Assembly (NCBI RefSeq): GCF_004010195.1
Contig: NC_057719.1
Span: forward strand, 1,045,945 to 1,109,944
Direction of reading: 5' to 3'
Length of the DNA stretch: 64,000 nt
Origin: Chiloscyllium plagiosum
Lineage: Eukaryota
The notes under the pieces are model-generated. The model was not told the DNA's origin, made no database searches, and saw only the letters and a list, made by a program, of their open reading frames with translations. This document shows positions 38,575-50,792 of the stretch, in pieces (positions within the stretch are counted from its first letter, which is position 1; every line of letters starts with the position of its first letter). The position numbers and the translations under genes are program-made.

Positions 38575-39980
38575 ACATATAGAACATAGAAAAGTGCAGC
38601 ACAGAACAGGCCCTTTGGCCCACTATGTTGTGCCGAGGATTAATCTTAACGTAAAATAAAATAACTTAACCTACACACCCCTCAACTCACTGCTATCCAT
38701 TTGCATGTCCAGCAGTTGCTTAAATGACTCTGCTCCCACCACCATGGCTAGCAACGCATTCCATGCATTCACAACTCTCTGCATAAAGAACCTACCTCTG
38801 ATGTCTCCTTTATACCTTCCTCCTAATATCTTCAAACTATGATCCCTCGTACCAGTCAATCATGCCCTGGAGAAATGTCTCTATTGACTCTATCCATGCC
38901 TTTCATTACCTCGTATACCTCGATCAAGTCTTCTCTCTTCCTGCTCTCCAGAGAGAAAAGTCCGAGCTTAGTCAACCTCTCATCATAAGGCAAGCCCTCC
39001 AGTCCAGGCAGCATCCTGGTAAACCTTCTTTGCACCCTCTCCAAAGCCTCCGTATCTTTCCTATAGTAGGGTGACCAGAACTGGACACAATATTCCAAGT
39101 GTGGTCTTACCAGGGTCTTGTAGAGCTGCAGCAAAACCTCGCGGCTCTTAAACTCGATCCCCCTGTTAATGAAAGCCAAAACACCATGTGCTTTCTTAAC
39201 AATCCTATCCACTTGGGGCAACTTTAGGGATCCACATCAAGATCCCTCTGTTTCTCCACACTGCCAAGAATCCTGTATTTAATCCTATATTCACATTCGA
39301 GTTGGACCTTCCAAAATACATCACTTCGCATTTATCCGGGTTGAACTCCATCTGCCATTTCTCAGCCCAGCTCTGCATCCTGTCTATGTCGCGCAGCAGC
39401 CTGCAATAGCCCTTGATACTATCAACGGCACCTCTAACCTTTGTGTCATCTGCAAATTTACTAACTCACTCCTCAAACTCCTCATCCAAGTCATTTACAA
39501 AAACTACAAAGAGCAGAGGCCCAAGAACAGAGCCCTGTGGGACCCCACTCAACACTGACCTCCAGACAGAATACTTTCCATCTACAACCACCCTCTGCCT
39601 TCTGTCAGCCATCCAATTCTGAATCCAGACAGCCAACTCTCCCTATATCCCATACTTCCTGACTTCATGAATGATCCTACCATGGGGAACCGTATCAAAT
39701 GTCTTGATGAAGTCCACATACACCACATCCACTGCTCGACCATCGTCGACCTGTCTTGACACCTCCTCAAAGAACTCAATAAGATTAGTGAGACATGACC
39801 TGCCCCTCACAAAGTCACGCTGACTGCCTTTAATCACACTATGCTTTTCCAAATAGTCATAAATCCTATCCCTCAGAATTCTTTCCAAAACTTTGCTGAC
39901 CACAGACATAAGACTGACTGGTGTGTAATTTCCAGGGATTTCCCTATTACCCTATTTGAAAAGAGGAACAACATTCACCT
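38575..39980 (-). mobile_element. CR1 LINE, ~1.4-kb 3' portion (RT plus tail)
   Basis: [42 protein letters not shown] region; HLEYCVQFWSP; frameshifted. Confidence 0.9.
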
Positions 39981-40825
39981 CCTTCAAACTTCAGAATTAC
40001 TTCCCAGCCGAATCTTCAGCCTGGAAAAAAACTACTTTTATTCTGTGGCATTTCAATATTCTTTTTCACATCACAGAAGCGCTTCACAGGAGGCTTCCAA
40101 GCACTGAGAATGTCACCTAGACAGGGGACGAAACGTCTGCAACACAAATTCCCAGCTAGGCCGACAGAACCACAACAACGAGCACCCGAGCTACAAATCT
40201 CACAAATTTTGAATATTCTTTTTCTTTATTCATTCACGGATAAGGGCGCAGCCAGCTAAACCAGCATTTATTGCCCATCCCTGATTGCTCAGAGGGCAGT
40301 AAGGAGTCAATCAGATTGCTGTGGGCCTGGAGTCACATGTAGACCAGACCAGGTAAGGTCCGCAATTTCATTTCCTAAAGGATATTAGTGAACCAGTTGG
40401 GTATTTCCCCCCTGACAATCAGCAATGGATTTATGGTCATCATCAGACGTTTTTTCCCATTGAATTCAAATTCCACCAGCTGCCGTGGTGGGATTTGAAC
40501 CCACATCCCCAGAACATTACCTGGGGGTCTCTGGATTAACAGTCCAGCAATAATACCACTAAGTCATCACTTTCGCTTGGACATAGGATAAAATTCCCAG
40601 ATTTAAACACTCTTTAGGAAAACGAAAATCGGTATCTATTTTAATTGAATATAAATCAGTTATTTCCCTGTCGGAAAGATAAACTGAAGCAGTGAGGTAA
40701 CTAACTTCCTGTGTGATTTGTCACTTACCTGTTTACTGACATCACCATGCTCATCAACCCTGGCCTGGCACTGCATCAACACTGGGAAAAGAGAAATCAC
40801 ACCACAACAATGACCTGTACCCAAG

Positions 40826-43800
40826 TGAGTCAGCCCCTTCAGGTGGGGGACCCCGTACCCCAGTGAGAGTCAGCCCCTTCAGGAGGGGGACCCCGTACCC
40901 CAGTGAGAGTCAGCCCCTTCAGGAGGGGGACCCCGTACCCCAGTGAGGCTCAGCCCCTTCAGGAGGGGGACCCCGTACCCCAGTGAGGCTCAGCCCCTTC
41001 AGGAGGGGAACCCCGCACCCCAGTGAGGCTCAGCCCCTTCAGGAGGGGGACCCCGTACCCCAGTGAGGCTCAGCCCCTTCAGGAGGGGGACCCCGTACCC
41101 CAGTGAGGGTCAGCCCCTTCAGGAGGGGGACCCTGTACCCCAGTGAGAGTCAGCCCCTTCAGGAAAGGGAGGGAGACCCCGCACCCCAGTGAGAGTCAGC
41201 CCCTTCAGGAAAGAGAGGGAGACCCCATACCCCATTGAGAGTCAGCCCCTTCAGGAGAGGGAGGAGGACCCCGTACCCCATTGAGAGTCAGCCCCTTCTG
41301 GAGAGGGAGGGGGAACCCCGTACCCCAGTGAGAGTCAGACCCTTCGGGAGAGGGAGGGGGATCCTGTACCCCAGTGAGGGTCCGCCCCTTCAGGAGAGGG
41401 GGGGAGACCCCGTACCCCAGTGAGGGTCAGCACCTTCTGGAGAGGGAGGGGGACCCCATACCCCAGTGAGGGTCAGCCCCTTCTGGAGAGGGAGGGGGAC
41501 CCCATACCCCAGTGAGGGTCAGCCCCGCCAGTAGAGGGAGGGGGACCCCGTACCCCAGTGAGGGTCAGCCCCTTCGGGAGAGGGAGGGGGACCCCGTACC
41601 CCAGTGAGGGTCAGCCCCTTCAGGAAAGAGAGGGAGACCCCATACCCCAGTGAGGGTCAGCCCCTTCAGGAAAGGGAGGGAGAGCCCATACCCCAGTGAG
41701 GGTCCGCCCCTTCGGGAGAGGGAGGGGGAACCCCGTACCCCAGTGAGAGTCAGCCCCTTCGGGAGAGGGAGGGGGACCCCATACCCCAGTGAGAGTCAGC
41801 CCCTTCAGGAGAGGGAGGGGGACCCCATACCCCATTGAGGGTCAGCCNNNNNNNNNNNNNNNNNNNNNNNNNNNNNNNNNNNNNNNNTACCCCAGTGAGA
41901 GTCAGCCCCTTCGGGAGAGGGAGGGGGACCCCATACCCCAGTGAGGGTCAGCCCCTTCGGGAGAGGGAGGGGGACCCCATACACCAGTGAGGGTCAGCCC
42001 CTTCAGGAGAGGGAGGGGGACCCCGTACCCCAGTGAGGGTCAGCCCCTTCGGGAGAGGGAGGAGGACCCAGTACCCCAGTGAGGGTCAGCCCCTTCAGGA
42101 GAGGGAGGGGGACCCCGTACCCCAGTGAGGGTCAGCCCCTTCAGTAGAGGGAGGGGGACCCCATACCCCAGTGAGAGTCAGCCCCTTCGGGAGAGGGAGG
42201 GGGACCCCATGCCCCAGTGAGAGTCAGCCCCTTCAGGAGAGGGAGGGAGACCCCGTACCTCAGTGAGAGTCAGCCCCTTCAGGAGAGGGAGGGAGACCCC
42301 GTACCCCAGTGAGAGTCAGCCTCTTCAGGAGAGGGAGGAGGACCCCGTACCCCAGTGAGGGTCAGCCCCTTCAGGAGAGTGAGGGGGACCCCGTACCCCA
42401 GTGAGGGTCGGCCCCTTCAGGAGAGGGAGGAGGATCCCGTACCCCAGTGAGAGTCAGCCCCTTCAGGAGAGGGAGGAGGACCCCGTACCCCAGTGAGGGT
42501 CAGCCCCCTCGGGAGAGGGAGGGGGACCCCGTACCTTAGTGAGGGTCAGCCCCTTCAGGAGAGGGAGGGACACCCCGTACCCCAGTGAGGGTCAGCCCCC
42601 TCGGGAAAGGGAGGGGGACCCCGTAACCCAGTGAGAGTCAGCCCCTTCAGGAGGGGGACCCCGTACCCCAGTGAAGGTCAGCCCTTTCAGGAGAGGGAGG
42701 GGGACCCCATACCCCAGTGTGAGTCAGCCCCTTCAGGAGAGTGACCCCGTACCCCAGTGAGGGTCAGCCCCTTCAGGAGAGGGAGGGAGACCCCGTACCC
42801 CAGTGTGAGTCAGCCCCTTCAGGAGAGTGACCCCGTACCCCAGTGAGAGTCAGCCCCTTCAGGAGAGGGACCCCGTACCCCAGTAAGGGTCAGCCCCTTC
42901 TGGAGAGGGAGGGAGACCCCGTACCCCAGTGAGAGTCAGCCCTTTCAGGAGGGAGGGGGACCCCGTACCCCAGTGAGAGCAGCCCCTTCAGGAGAGGGAG
43001 GGAGACCCCATACCCCTGTGAGAGTCAGCCCCTTCAGGAGAGGGAGGGGGACCCCATACCCCAGTGAGAGTCAGCCCCTTCAGGTGAGGGAGGGGGACCC
43101 CGTACCCCATTGAGAGTCAGCCCCTTCAGGAAAGGGAGGCAGACCCCGTACCCCTGTGAGGGTCAGCCCCTTCAGGAGAGTGAGGAGAACCCCGTACCCC
43201 AGTGAGAGTCAGCCCCTTCAGGAGAGGGAGGGGGACCCCGTAACCCAGTGAGAGTTAGCCCCTTCGGGAGAGGGAGGGAGACCCCATACTCCAGTGAGGG
43301 TCAGCCCCTTCAGGAGAGGGAGGGGGACCCCGTACCCCAGTGAGGGTCAGCCCCTTCAGGATAGCGAGGAGGACCCCGTACCCCAGTGAGAGTCAGTCCC
43401 TTCGGGAGAGGGAGGGAGACCCCGTACGCCAGTGAGAGTCAGCCCCTTCAGGAGAGGGAGGGGGACCCCGTACCCCAGTGAGAGTCAGCCCCTTCAGGAG
43501 AGGGATGGGGAACCCATACCCCAGTGAGAGTCAGCCCCTTCAGGAGAGGGAGGGAGACCCCATACCCCAGTGAGGGTCAGCCCCTTCAGGAGAGGGAGGG
43601 GGACCCCGTACCCCAGTGAGAGTCAGTCCCTTCAGGAGAGGGAGGGGGACCCTGTACCCCAGTGAGAGTCAGCCCCTTCAGGAGAGGGAGGGGGAACCCC
43701 GTACCCCAGTGAGCGTCAGTCCCTTCGGGAGAGGGAGGGGGACCCTGTACCCCAGTGAGAGTCAGCCCCTTCGGGAGAGGGAGGGGGACCCGTACCCTAG

Positions 43801-44588
43801 TGAGAGTCAGCCCCTTCAGGAGATGGAGGGAGACCCCGTACCCCAGTGAGAGTCAGCCCCTTCAGGAGAGGGACCCCATACCCCAGTGAGAGTCAGCCCT
43901 TTCAGGAGAGGGAGGGGGACCCCATACCCCAGTGAGTGTCAGCCCCTTCAGGAGAGGGACCCCATACCCCAGTGAGAGTCAGCCCTTTCAGGAGAGGGAG
44001 GGGGACCCCATACCCCAGTGAGTGTCAGCCCCTTCAGGAGAGGGAGGGAGACCCCGTACCCCAGTGAGGGTCAGCCCCTTCAGGAGAGGAGGGGGACCCC
44101 ATACCCCAGTGAGAGTCAGCCCCTTCAGGAGAGGGAGGTGGACCCCGTACCCCAGTGAGAGTCAGCCCCTTCAGGAGAGGGAGGTGGACCCTGTACCCCA
44201 GTGAGAGTCAGCCCCTTCAGGAGGGAGACCCCGTACCCCAGTGAGAGTCAGTCCCTTCAGGAGAGGGAGGGGGAGCCCCGTACCCCAGTGAGGGTCAGCC
44301 CTTTCAGGAAAGGGAGGGGGACCCCGTACCCCAGTGAGAGTCAGCCCCTTCAGGAGAGGGAGGGAGACCCCGTACCCCAGTGAGAGTCAGTCCCTTCAGG
44401 AGAGGGAGGGGGAACCCCATACCCCAGTGAGAGTCAGCCCCTTCAGGAGAGGGAGGGGGACCCCGTACCCCAGTGAGAATCAGCCCCTTCAGGAGAGGGA
44501 GGTGGACCCCGTACCCCAGTGAGAGTCAGCCCCTTAAGGAGAGATAGGTGGACCCTGTACCCCAGTGACAGTCAGCCCCTTCAGGAGA
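40826..44588. repeat. 46-bp satellite array 3 (~3.8 kb, roughly 80 units, first ~8 units 40 bp)
   Basis: Same unit and orientation as arrays 1 and 2; contains a gap. Confidence 0.97.
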
Positions 44589-44718
44589 TTTGAGACAAAT
44601 AAAGCTGTATAACTCAATGAATGGATTTGTCTGAAAGCCCTAGATGTGTAATGAATCTGTTATTGAGAAACTTGCTTACTGCAATAAATAAATCAAAAAC
44701 AATGAAAATTATGTTTAA

Positions 44719-44724
44719 TTTATT
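44719..44724 (-). terminator. Putative polyadenylation signal of the ZBTB25-transposase transcript
   Basis: AATAAA on - strand ~730 nt after the stop, followed by T/GT-rich sequence (ttttcattgtttttgattt). Confidence 0.5.
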
Positions 44725-45449
44725 TTCACTTTTAAAATCCATCTACCGTTTCAAAAAAAAAACACATACTAAAAGAAAGTTACAAATTGATGAATTCAAT
44801 GTCTTATTTCTACTACAGTTCTCAGAAGCACTGCTGAATTCAGCTTTCAGTTTGACCAACACAGTGCATGGGGGCTCAGAGCTGCTGTGTGTTGGTTCAA
44901 AGCTCTGTCCAGCTGTCATCGCCTCCTCCACACACCTTCCATCCCTCAATCACTTCCAGGTGTCCATATCCATGGGCGGCCAGCTGGGTACAGGTTACAG
45001 AGAGCACCGTGAGTAAAGTTCCCCGGATATGGCTGTGTGGCCAACACGAGAGAGTGTCTATCCAACCGCACCAAGTGAGATCTGGGCAGTGTCTCCCTGT
45101 GACACAGATCATTTGGTAACGTTCAGAGTCTGATATCACTCGAACTGAGGGAGGAGGATTCTGAACATCAGTTGTGTGGGACCTGAAGTGTTAACTCTTT
45201 TCCCCCTCTGTCCACTGATGACGCTAGCTGCTGAGTTTCTCCAGCATTTTCTGTTTTTGTTTGAGATCTGTAGCGATTTCAGGTACTTTGCTGGCAGCCA
45301 GGAGTAGGGTGTGTCTGAAAAGTTCTTTGTCGAACTACAGTGAGCTGCTGAACACATTGCGAGACAGGGAAAGGACTGGGGAAGGCCTCAGCAGGAACTC
45401 CCTCTGCCCTGGAGGTTATATACACCCGGGGTTCCGAGGCTCCAGACTC

Positions 45450-47965
45450 TCAATCGCAGAGGCTGTCGTCCGAGTCACTGTCCCCGTCCAGGGGAAGCTG
45501 CAGAACGCTCACAGCCTCGTCCAGCTCCTGTTGTAGCTGCTCCAGGTCCTGCTCACTCGGGAGGCACACATCCGGCGTCTCTGAGGAACATGACTCGGCT
45601 GCTTCCTCCCACTTGCCGGAGGGCAGAGGGGGCTTCTCCTGCACCGAGGACCCCACTCCCCCAGCGAACCGGCGACGCCTCTGCTGCAGGAACAGGAGCG
45701 CCGCCTCCTGGACAACCTGAGAACAGTCGGCGGTGCCAAACTCGGGCCCGTTGACACTGATGTGCATGAGGCTGTTGAGGAGCTGAGTGCTGGGCTCGGT
45801 GAGGAAGAAGCGGCTGCCTCGGAGCCGGGCAGTGATCCTCCGGAGAGCCCCTAGGCCGCGCTCGGACCAGCTGTTGGTGATGGGCATGGAGAGGGAGACC
45901 TCTGCCAGGGGCAGGAGGGCAGCACACGATCGGTGCAGCTCACTCTTGAGGGTGAAGAGTCGGCGGAGGCACCACTCAGTCACAGTCACCCGGGTATCGG
46001 TCAGCACCGAGTCCGGCACATTGTTCTTCCAGGTGTGCAGGTCGAACTTGAGCTTGGCCCACTCCCCGAGGAGCCGGGTTAGCTTAGTCTCTCCACCCTC
46101 TGCTTCCCGGTAGAAGTGGGCGGCCAGTGCCCGCATCTCGGGCTGACCGTACTCGGCAAAGTCCGCCGACTCCGGTGACGGCACCAGCAGTGGGTTGAAG
46201 ATGGAGAAAGCGGAGACCAGTGGCAAGGACGCTCCAAACCTGCGCTGCAAGTCGGCCTTGATAGCTGTCACGTAGGCGTCGAGCAGGGAGCACAGCTCGG
46301 CCTCTTGCTCTGGGCTGGGTGGCGGCAGACCAGCTGAGGCCAGGCGCCCAGAGGGCAGGAGGTCGGCCTGGAGCCTGCTCAGGGCCTCCCTGGAACCTGC
46401 CGCCTCGTTCAGCTTGTAGACGGTGTACTTGATGGAAGGCTCCAGGGTGAAGTAATTCACCGTGCCCTTGCGAAAGACCTTGCTGAGGCCAGCCAGGATG
46501 GGAGAGACTTCCTGCAGGATGTAGAGGGCCCCAGCAAAGCGCACGCTCCTCAGCTGGGTCACTAGGCCACAGGCTGTAGCGTCGGCCTGCTCCAGCTGGC
46601 TCAGGGCCTGCAGTAGGGCTGCGTAGTCGTTGTAAGCCCCTTCCACTGAGGCCTGCAAGGAAAGCCGTCTCCTCCGGCAAGCCCTCTTCAGCCTACGCAG
46701 CAGAGCCGCCTTCAGCCGCCCGCTGGGCAGGGCCTTCTCCAGCCTGACACTGAGGTAGGCCTCAGCCAGGACTGGGCACTTCTCCAGCAGCTCCCACAGC
46801 TGCTCCAGGTAGGATTCCACCCTGAGGAGGTAGCGACAGTCCGGGCAAGACGAGGCTCCCGCCAGCATCAGGCGGTGACACAGGCAGTGGAAGGCGATGA
46901 GGGACGGGTTGAGTTCCTGCAGCCTGGTGGCCACCCCAACACGCTCCGAGGTCATGACCTCGCCACCGTCAGTCACCAGTGAGGCCATACGCTGGACAGG
47001 CAGCTCCAGCCGGGCCATGGTGCGGCTGATCAGTCCAGCCAGCTCCTCAGACGGGTCAGTCTCCGGGCTGAAGCGGGCGGCCTGCACGAAGAGGAAGCTG
47101 GTCGACACCTCGGCCGTCTTGGGGTCGACGTACTGGACAAAAGCCATCAGGGCGGCTGAGTCCTCAGCCTCAGCGCCTGGGCAGCCAGTCACCCGGTCGC
47201 ACAGCAGGCCATAGCAGCCGGCCTGCCTGACCCGAGCCACCAGGCGGTTACGGATCACCTGCCCCAGCGAGACAAACACCTCACGCAGGGTGTCCGGTCG
47301 GCGGAAGTGGGTGGCCCCTTTCAGGCCGGCCTCGGCTAACAGCCTCAGCACTGACAGCAGCTTGGCAGTGGGCAGCTCCTCGCGGGCTAACCAGTAGGCA
47401 GCCAGGAAGAGCGCGTGGAGAGCCGCGCCCTCCTCTTTCTCCTTCTCCGCCATCTCCCTCTCGGACATACGGCCAGTCAGCTCTGCGTGCACTGCAGCCG
47501 CGTGCTGCTGAGATTCGGCATGGACCTGCAGCGCTGACTTCTTGTAGCGGACGGCAGGAGTGCCGTTGAACACCTTGGTCTTGTTCTGCTTGTTCTGGGT
47601 GTCGTGCCGGCGGCACAGGTAACAGTACATACCCTGGCCCTCTTCGTACAGCAACCAGTAAATACCCGTCCGCTCGCAATACGTCAGGTCCCTGTCCGAC
47701 AGCCACTTGTGAACAAACTTGTCTCCCCTCCTGTAGTCAGGCTGCACCCGCTCACAGGCCAGCCGCTGGCATTTGTAGTGGGCGTGAACCTGTGCTGAGT
47801 CATACTGCGCAAAGACCTCACGGAATGCAGCCTCCAGCTCCGCGACCTGCCCGTCCTGGCTCTCGCTCGCCTCCTGCTGGTGTTTGCCAGAAGGCAAGTC
47901 CTCCCCTCCTGCTGGCTGAAACAATGACGATGGCGACGGGCTGATGCAGTCAGCGTCAGGAGAAT
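45450..47965 (-). CDS. Domesticated hAT-transposase-derived exon (C17orf113/ZNF862-like: TTF-type zinc finger, RNase H-like DDE core, hAT C-terminal dimerisation region); predicted terminal exon of ZBTB25
   Basis: Intact 843-codon ORF. Motifs: KW..YWL..MYCYLC..H-x4-H (TTF-like finger), LLCD262, VTD338GGEVM, HC366LCH369RL, PITNSWSE707RG..LRRI..RLR, LMHISVNGP (numbering from ORF 45450..47981). First ATG is only at residue ~118, inside the finger. Acceptor ctcac..tgcctttgtgtgtcttgtcctgtag|AT is phase 1. Confidence 0.88.
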
Positions 47966-48922
47966 CTACAGGACAAGACACACAAAGGCAACACCGTGAG
48001 TATCACCGGAAAATATCCGGGAACAGCAGGAAGGAGTTGCCTGCTCTTCCACCAACGATGTTTGGATTGTATTCCCTGTCACATCTTACCTCAAGGAATA
48101 ATGGAAGAATTGTCTTATCACAGGGTTACAGGGCGCGACAGGGTATACGGAGGGAGGATGCTACCCCCAAAATGGGTAGAAAATCACGGGACAAAGTTTC
48201 AGAATTAAGGGTCAGACCATCTTGGAGTAAAATGATGAGAAACCTCTTCACTCAGAGAGTGGTGAACTTCAGAAATTCTCTACCCCAAAAGGTTATGGAA
48301 GCTCAGTCACTGAAGAAGTTCAAGACAGAAATGGATATGTTTCTCCTTTTTAAAAACAAAAAGCAACAAAGGGACAGTGCACGTAAACAGTGTTGAAATG
48401 GAATCGCGGCAATTATCGCATTGAACGGCTGAGTGCACTCAAAGGGCTGAAGGGCCTCACCTGTTCGTATTTTATAGAATCCCTACAGTGCAGGTAGAGG
48501 CCACTCAGCCTATCGAGTCCATACTGACTCTACGAAGAGCATTCTACCCACCTCCCCTACCCTATCCCTGTAACCCTGCATTTCCCGTAGCTAAACCACC
48601 TAGCCTGCATGCCCCTGTACACTATGGGGCACTATGTACACTATGTACACTAGCTTAATCAATCCACCCTAACCTGCAGGTCTTTGGGCTGTGGGAGAAC
48701 CAGACTATCCAGACAAGGGGAGCACATCCAAACCTGCTCGCACATCCAAACCTGCTCAGACAAGGGGAGCACATCCAAATTCCACACAGAGAGCCACCCA
48801 AAGTTGGAATCGAACCTCTCCCCCTGGCGATTTTTGAACGGTCAGCAAGTTGATTACCAAACAGGCCAAGAACAATCCTATTAGAGACAAAAAAAACTCT
48901 GCAGATAGTGGATTCCACAGTA

Positions 48923-49088
48923 GACAGGCAGGAGGCTGGAGAAACACAGCAAGCCAGGCAGCATCAGGAGGGACAGGCAGGAGGCTGGGGGAACACAGCA
49001 AGCCAGGCAGCATCAGGAGGGACAGGCAGGAGGCTGGGGGAACACAGCAAGCCAGGCAGCATCAGGAGGGACAGGCAGGAGGCTGGGG
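48923..49088. repeat. 49-bp tandem repeat running into a gap
   Basis: GACAGGCAGGAGGCTGGGGGAACACAGCAAGCCAGGCAGCATCAGGAGG, 3+ copies; resembles a Penelope terminus. Confidence 0.8.
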
Positions 49089-49476
49089 NNNNNNNNNNNN
49101 NNNNNNNNNNNNNNNNNNNNNNNNNNNNNNNNNNNNNNNNNNNNNNNNNNNNNNNNNNNNNNNNNNNNNNNNNNNNNNNNNNNNNNNNNNNNNNNNNNNN
49201 NNNNNNNNNNNNNNNNNNNNNNNNNNNNNNNNNNNNNNNNNNNNNNNNNNNNNNNNNNNNNNNNNNNNNNNNNNNNNNNNNNNNNNNNNNNNNNNNNNNN
49301 NNNNNNNNNNNNNNNNNNNNNNNNNNNNNNNNNNNNNNNNNNNNNNNNNNNNNNNNNNNNNNNNNNNNNNNNNNNNNNNNNNNNNNNNNNNNNNNNNNNN
49401 NNNNNNNNNNNNNNNNNNNNNNNNNNNNNNNNNNNNNNNNNNNNNNNNNNNNNNNNNNNNNNNNNNNNNNNNNNNN

Positions 49477-50095
49477 CCGGTTGGTGGCAGGGAGGTGTGG
49501 AAGGGAGGGGGAGGGGCTGGGAAGGGAGTTGGGGGATGGGAAGGGAGGTTATTTGGAATTAGAGAATTCAATGTTGAGTCTCAAGGCTGTAGGCTGCCCA
49601 GGCAGAAGATGAGGTGTTGTTCCTCCAATTTACACTGTGGTTCATTGTGGCAACCGACGAGGTCAAGGATGGTCACATCAGAAAGGGAGTGGGAGGGGGA
49701 ATTGAAATGGGCGGTGACTGGGAGGTCCGGTCGGCCTCTGTGGGCTCTGCCGAGATGCTCGGCCAACCGTCCCCTAAGTTTACGTTCAGTCTCCTCGATG
49801 TAGAGAAGACCACAGCGGGAGCACCTGATGCAGTAAACTAGGTTGGAGGAGAGACAGGTGAACCTCTGTCTGACATGGAAGGGCTGTTTGGGGCCCTGGA
49901 TGGAGGTGAGGGCGTTTGGTGTGCTGACAGGTTTTGCATCTTTTCTGGTTGCAGGGGAAGGTACCCAGGGGGTCAGTGGGGGGAGGGGGTTGGTTAGTGG
50001 GGAGGGTGGCACAAACCAAGGACTGGCAAAGGGAACAGTCCTTGCGGAAGGCAGAGAGGGGTGGGGAGGGGAAGAGGTTCTTGGTGATGGGGTCT
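49477..50095 (-). mobile_element. Penelope-like element, GIY-YIG endonuclease fragment
   Basis: GTFPCNQKRCKTC..FTCLSSNLVYCIRCSRCGLLYIEETERKLRGRLAEH..VTAHFN..LEEQHLIFCLGSLQP; frameshifted. Confidence 0.9.
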
Positions 50096-50111
50096 AGTTG
50101 AAGTTGGTGGA

Positions 50112-50792
50112 GTACATGTAAATCCTGTCCCTCAGGATTCCCTCCAACAACTTGCCCCCCACCGATGTCAGGCTCACTGGTCTATACTTCTCTGGCTGGT
50201 CCTTACCACCTTTCTTATATAGTGGCACCACGTTAGCCAACCTCCAGTCTTCTGGCACCTCAGCTATGACTGTCGACAAATATCTCAGCAAGAGGCCCAA
50301 CAATCACTTCCCTAGCTTCCTAGAGTTCTAGGGTCCACTTGATCAGTTCCTGGGGATTTATCCACTTTAACACGTTTTAAGAAATCCAGCACTTCTTCCT
50401 CTATAATATGTACATTTTTTATGATGTCACCATCTATTTCCCCACATTCTGTATCTTCCATGTCCTTGTCCACAGTAAACACTGATGCAAAATACTTGTT
50501 TAGTATCTCCCCCGTCTCCTGTTGTTCCATACATAGGCTGCCTTGCAGATCTTTCTGGGGCCCTATTCTCTCCCTAGTTACCCTTTTGTCCTTAATATAT
50601 TTATAAAATCCCTTTGGATTCTCCTTAATGCTGTTTGCCAAAGCTATCTCATGTCCCCTTTTTGCCCTCCTGATTTCCCTCTTAAGTATACTCCCACTAC
50701 TGCCTTTATACTCTAAGGATTCACCCGATCTCTGCTGTCCAAAACTGACATATGCTTCCTTCTTTTTCTTAACCAAAGCCTCAATTTCTCTA
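50112..50792 (-). mobile_element. CR1 ORF2 internal fragment
   Basis: IKENPKGFYKYI..LNKYFASVFT..KSPGTD..VPEDWRLANVVPLYKKG..YRPVSLTSV. Confidence 0.9.

Noticed and set aside
38101..38589. 162-aa ORF in unique sequence
   Set aside because: GTG start, no recognisable motif, no convincing splice signals; both ends overlap repeats.
40826..44588. Regular arrays as CRISPR (also 8957-10240 and 15150-16230)
   Set aside because: Head-to-tail units with no unique spacers, no cas genes, vertebrate context.
45450..47981. Stand-alone or active hAT transposon starting at 47981
   Set aside because: The start is GTG inside a pyrimidine tract, the first ATG lies within the zinc finger, no TIR/TSD was seen and the RW motif is lost. 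It fits better as a spliced exon.
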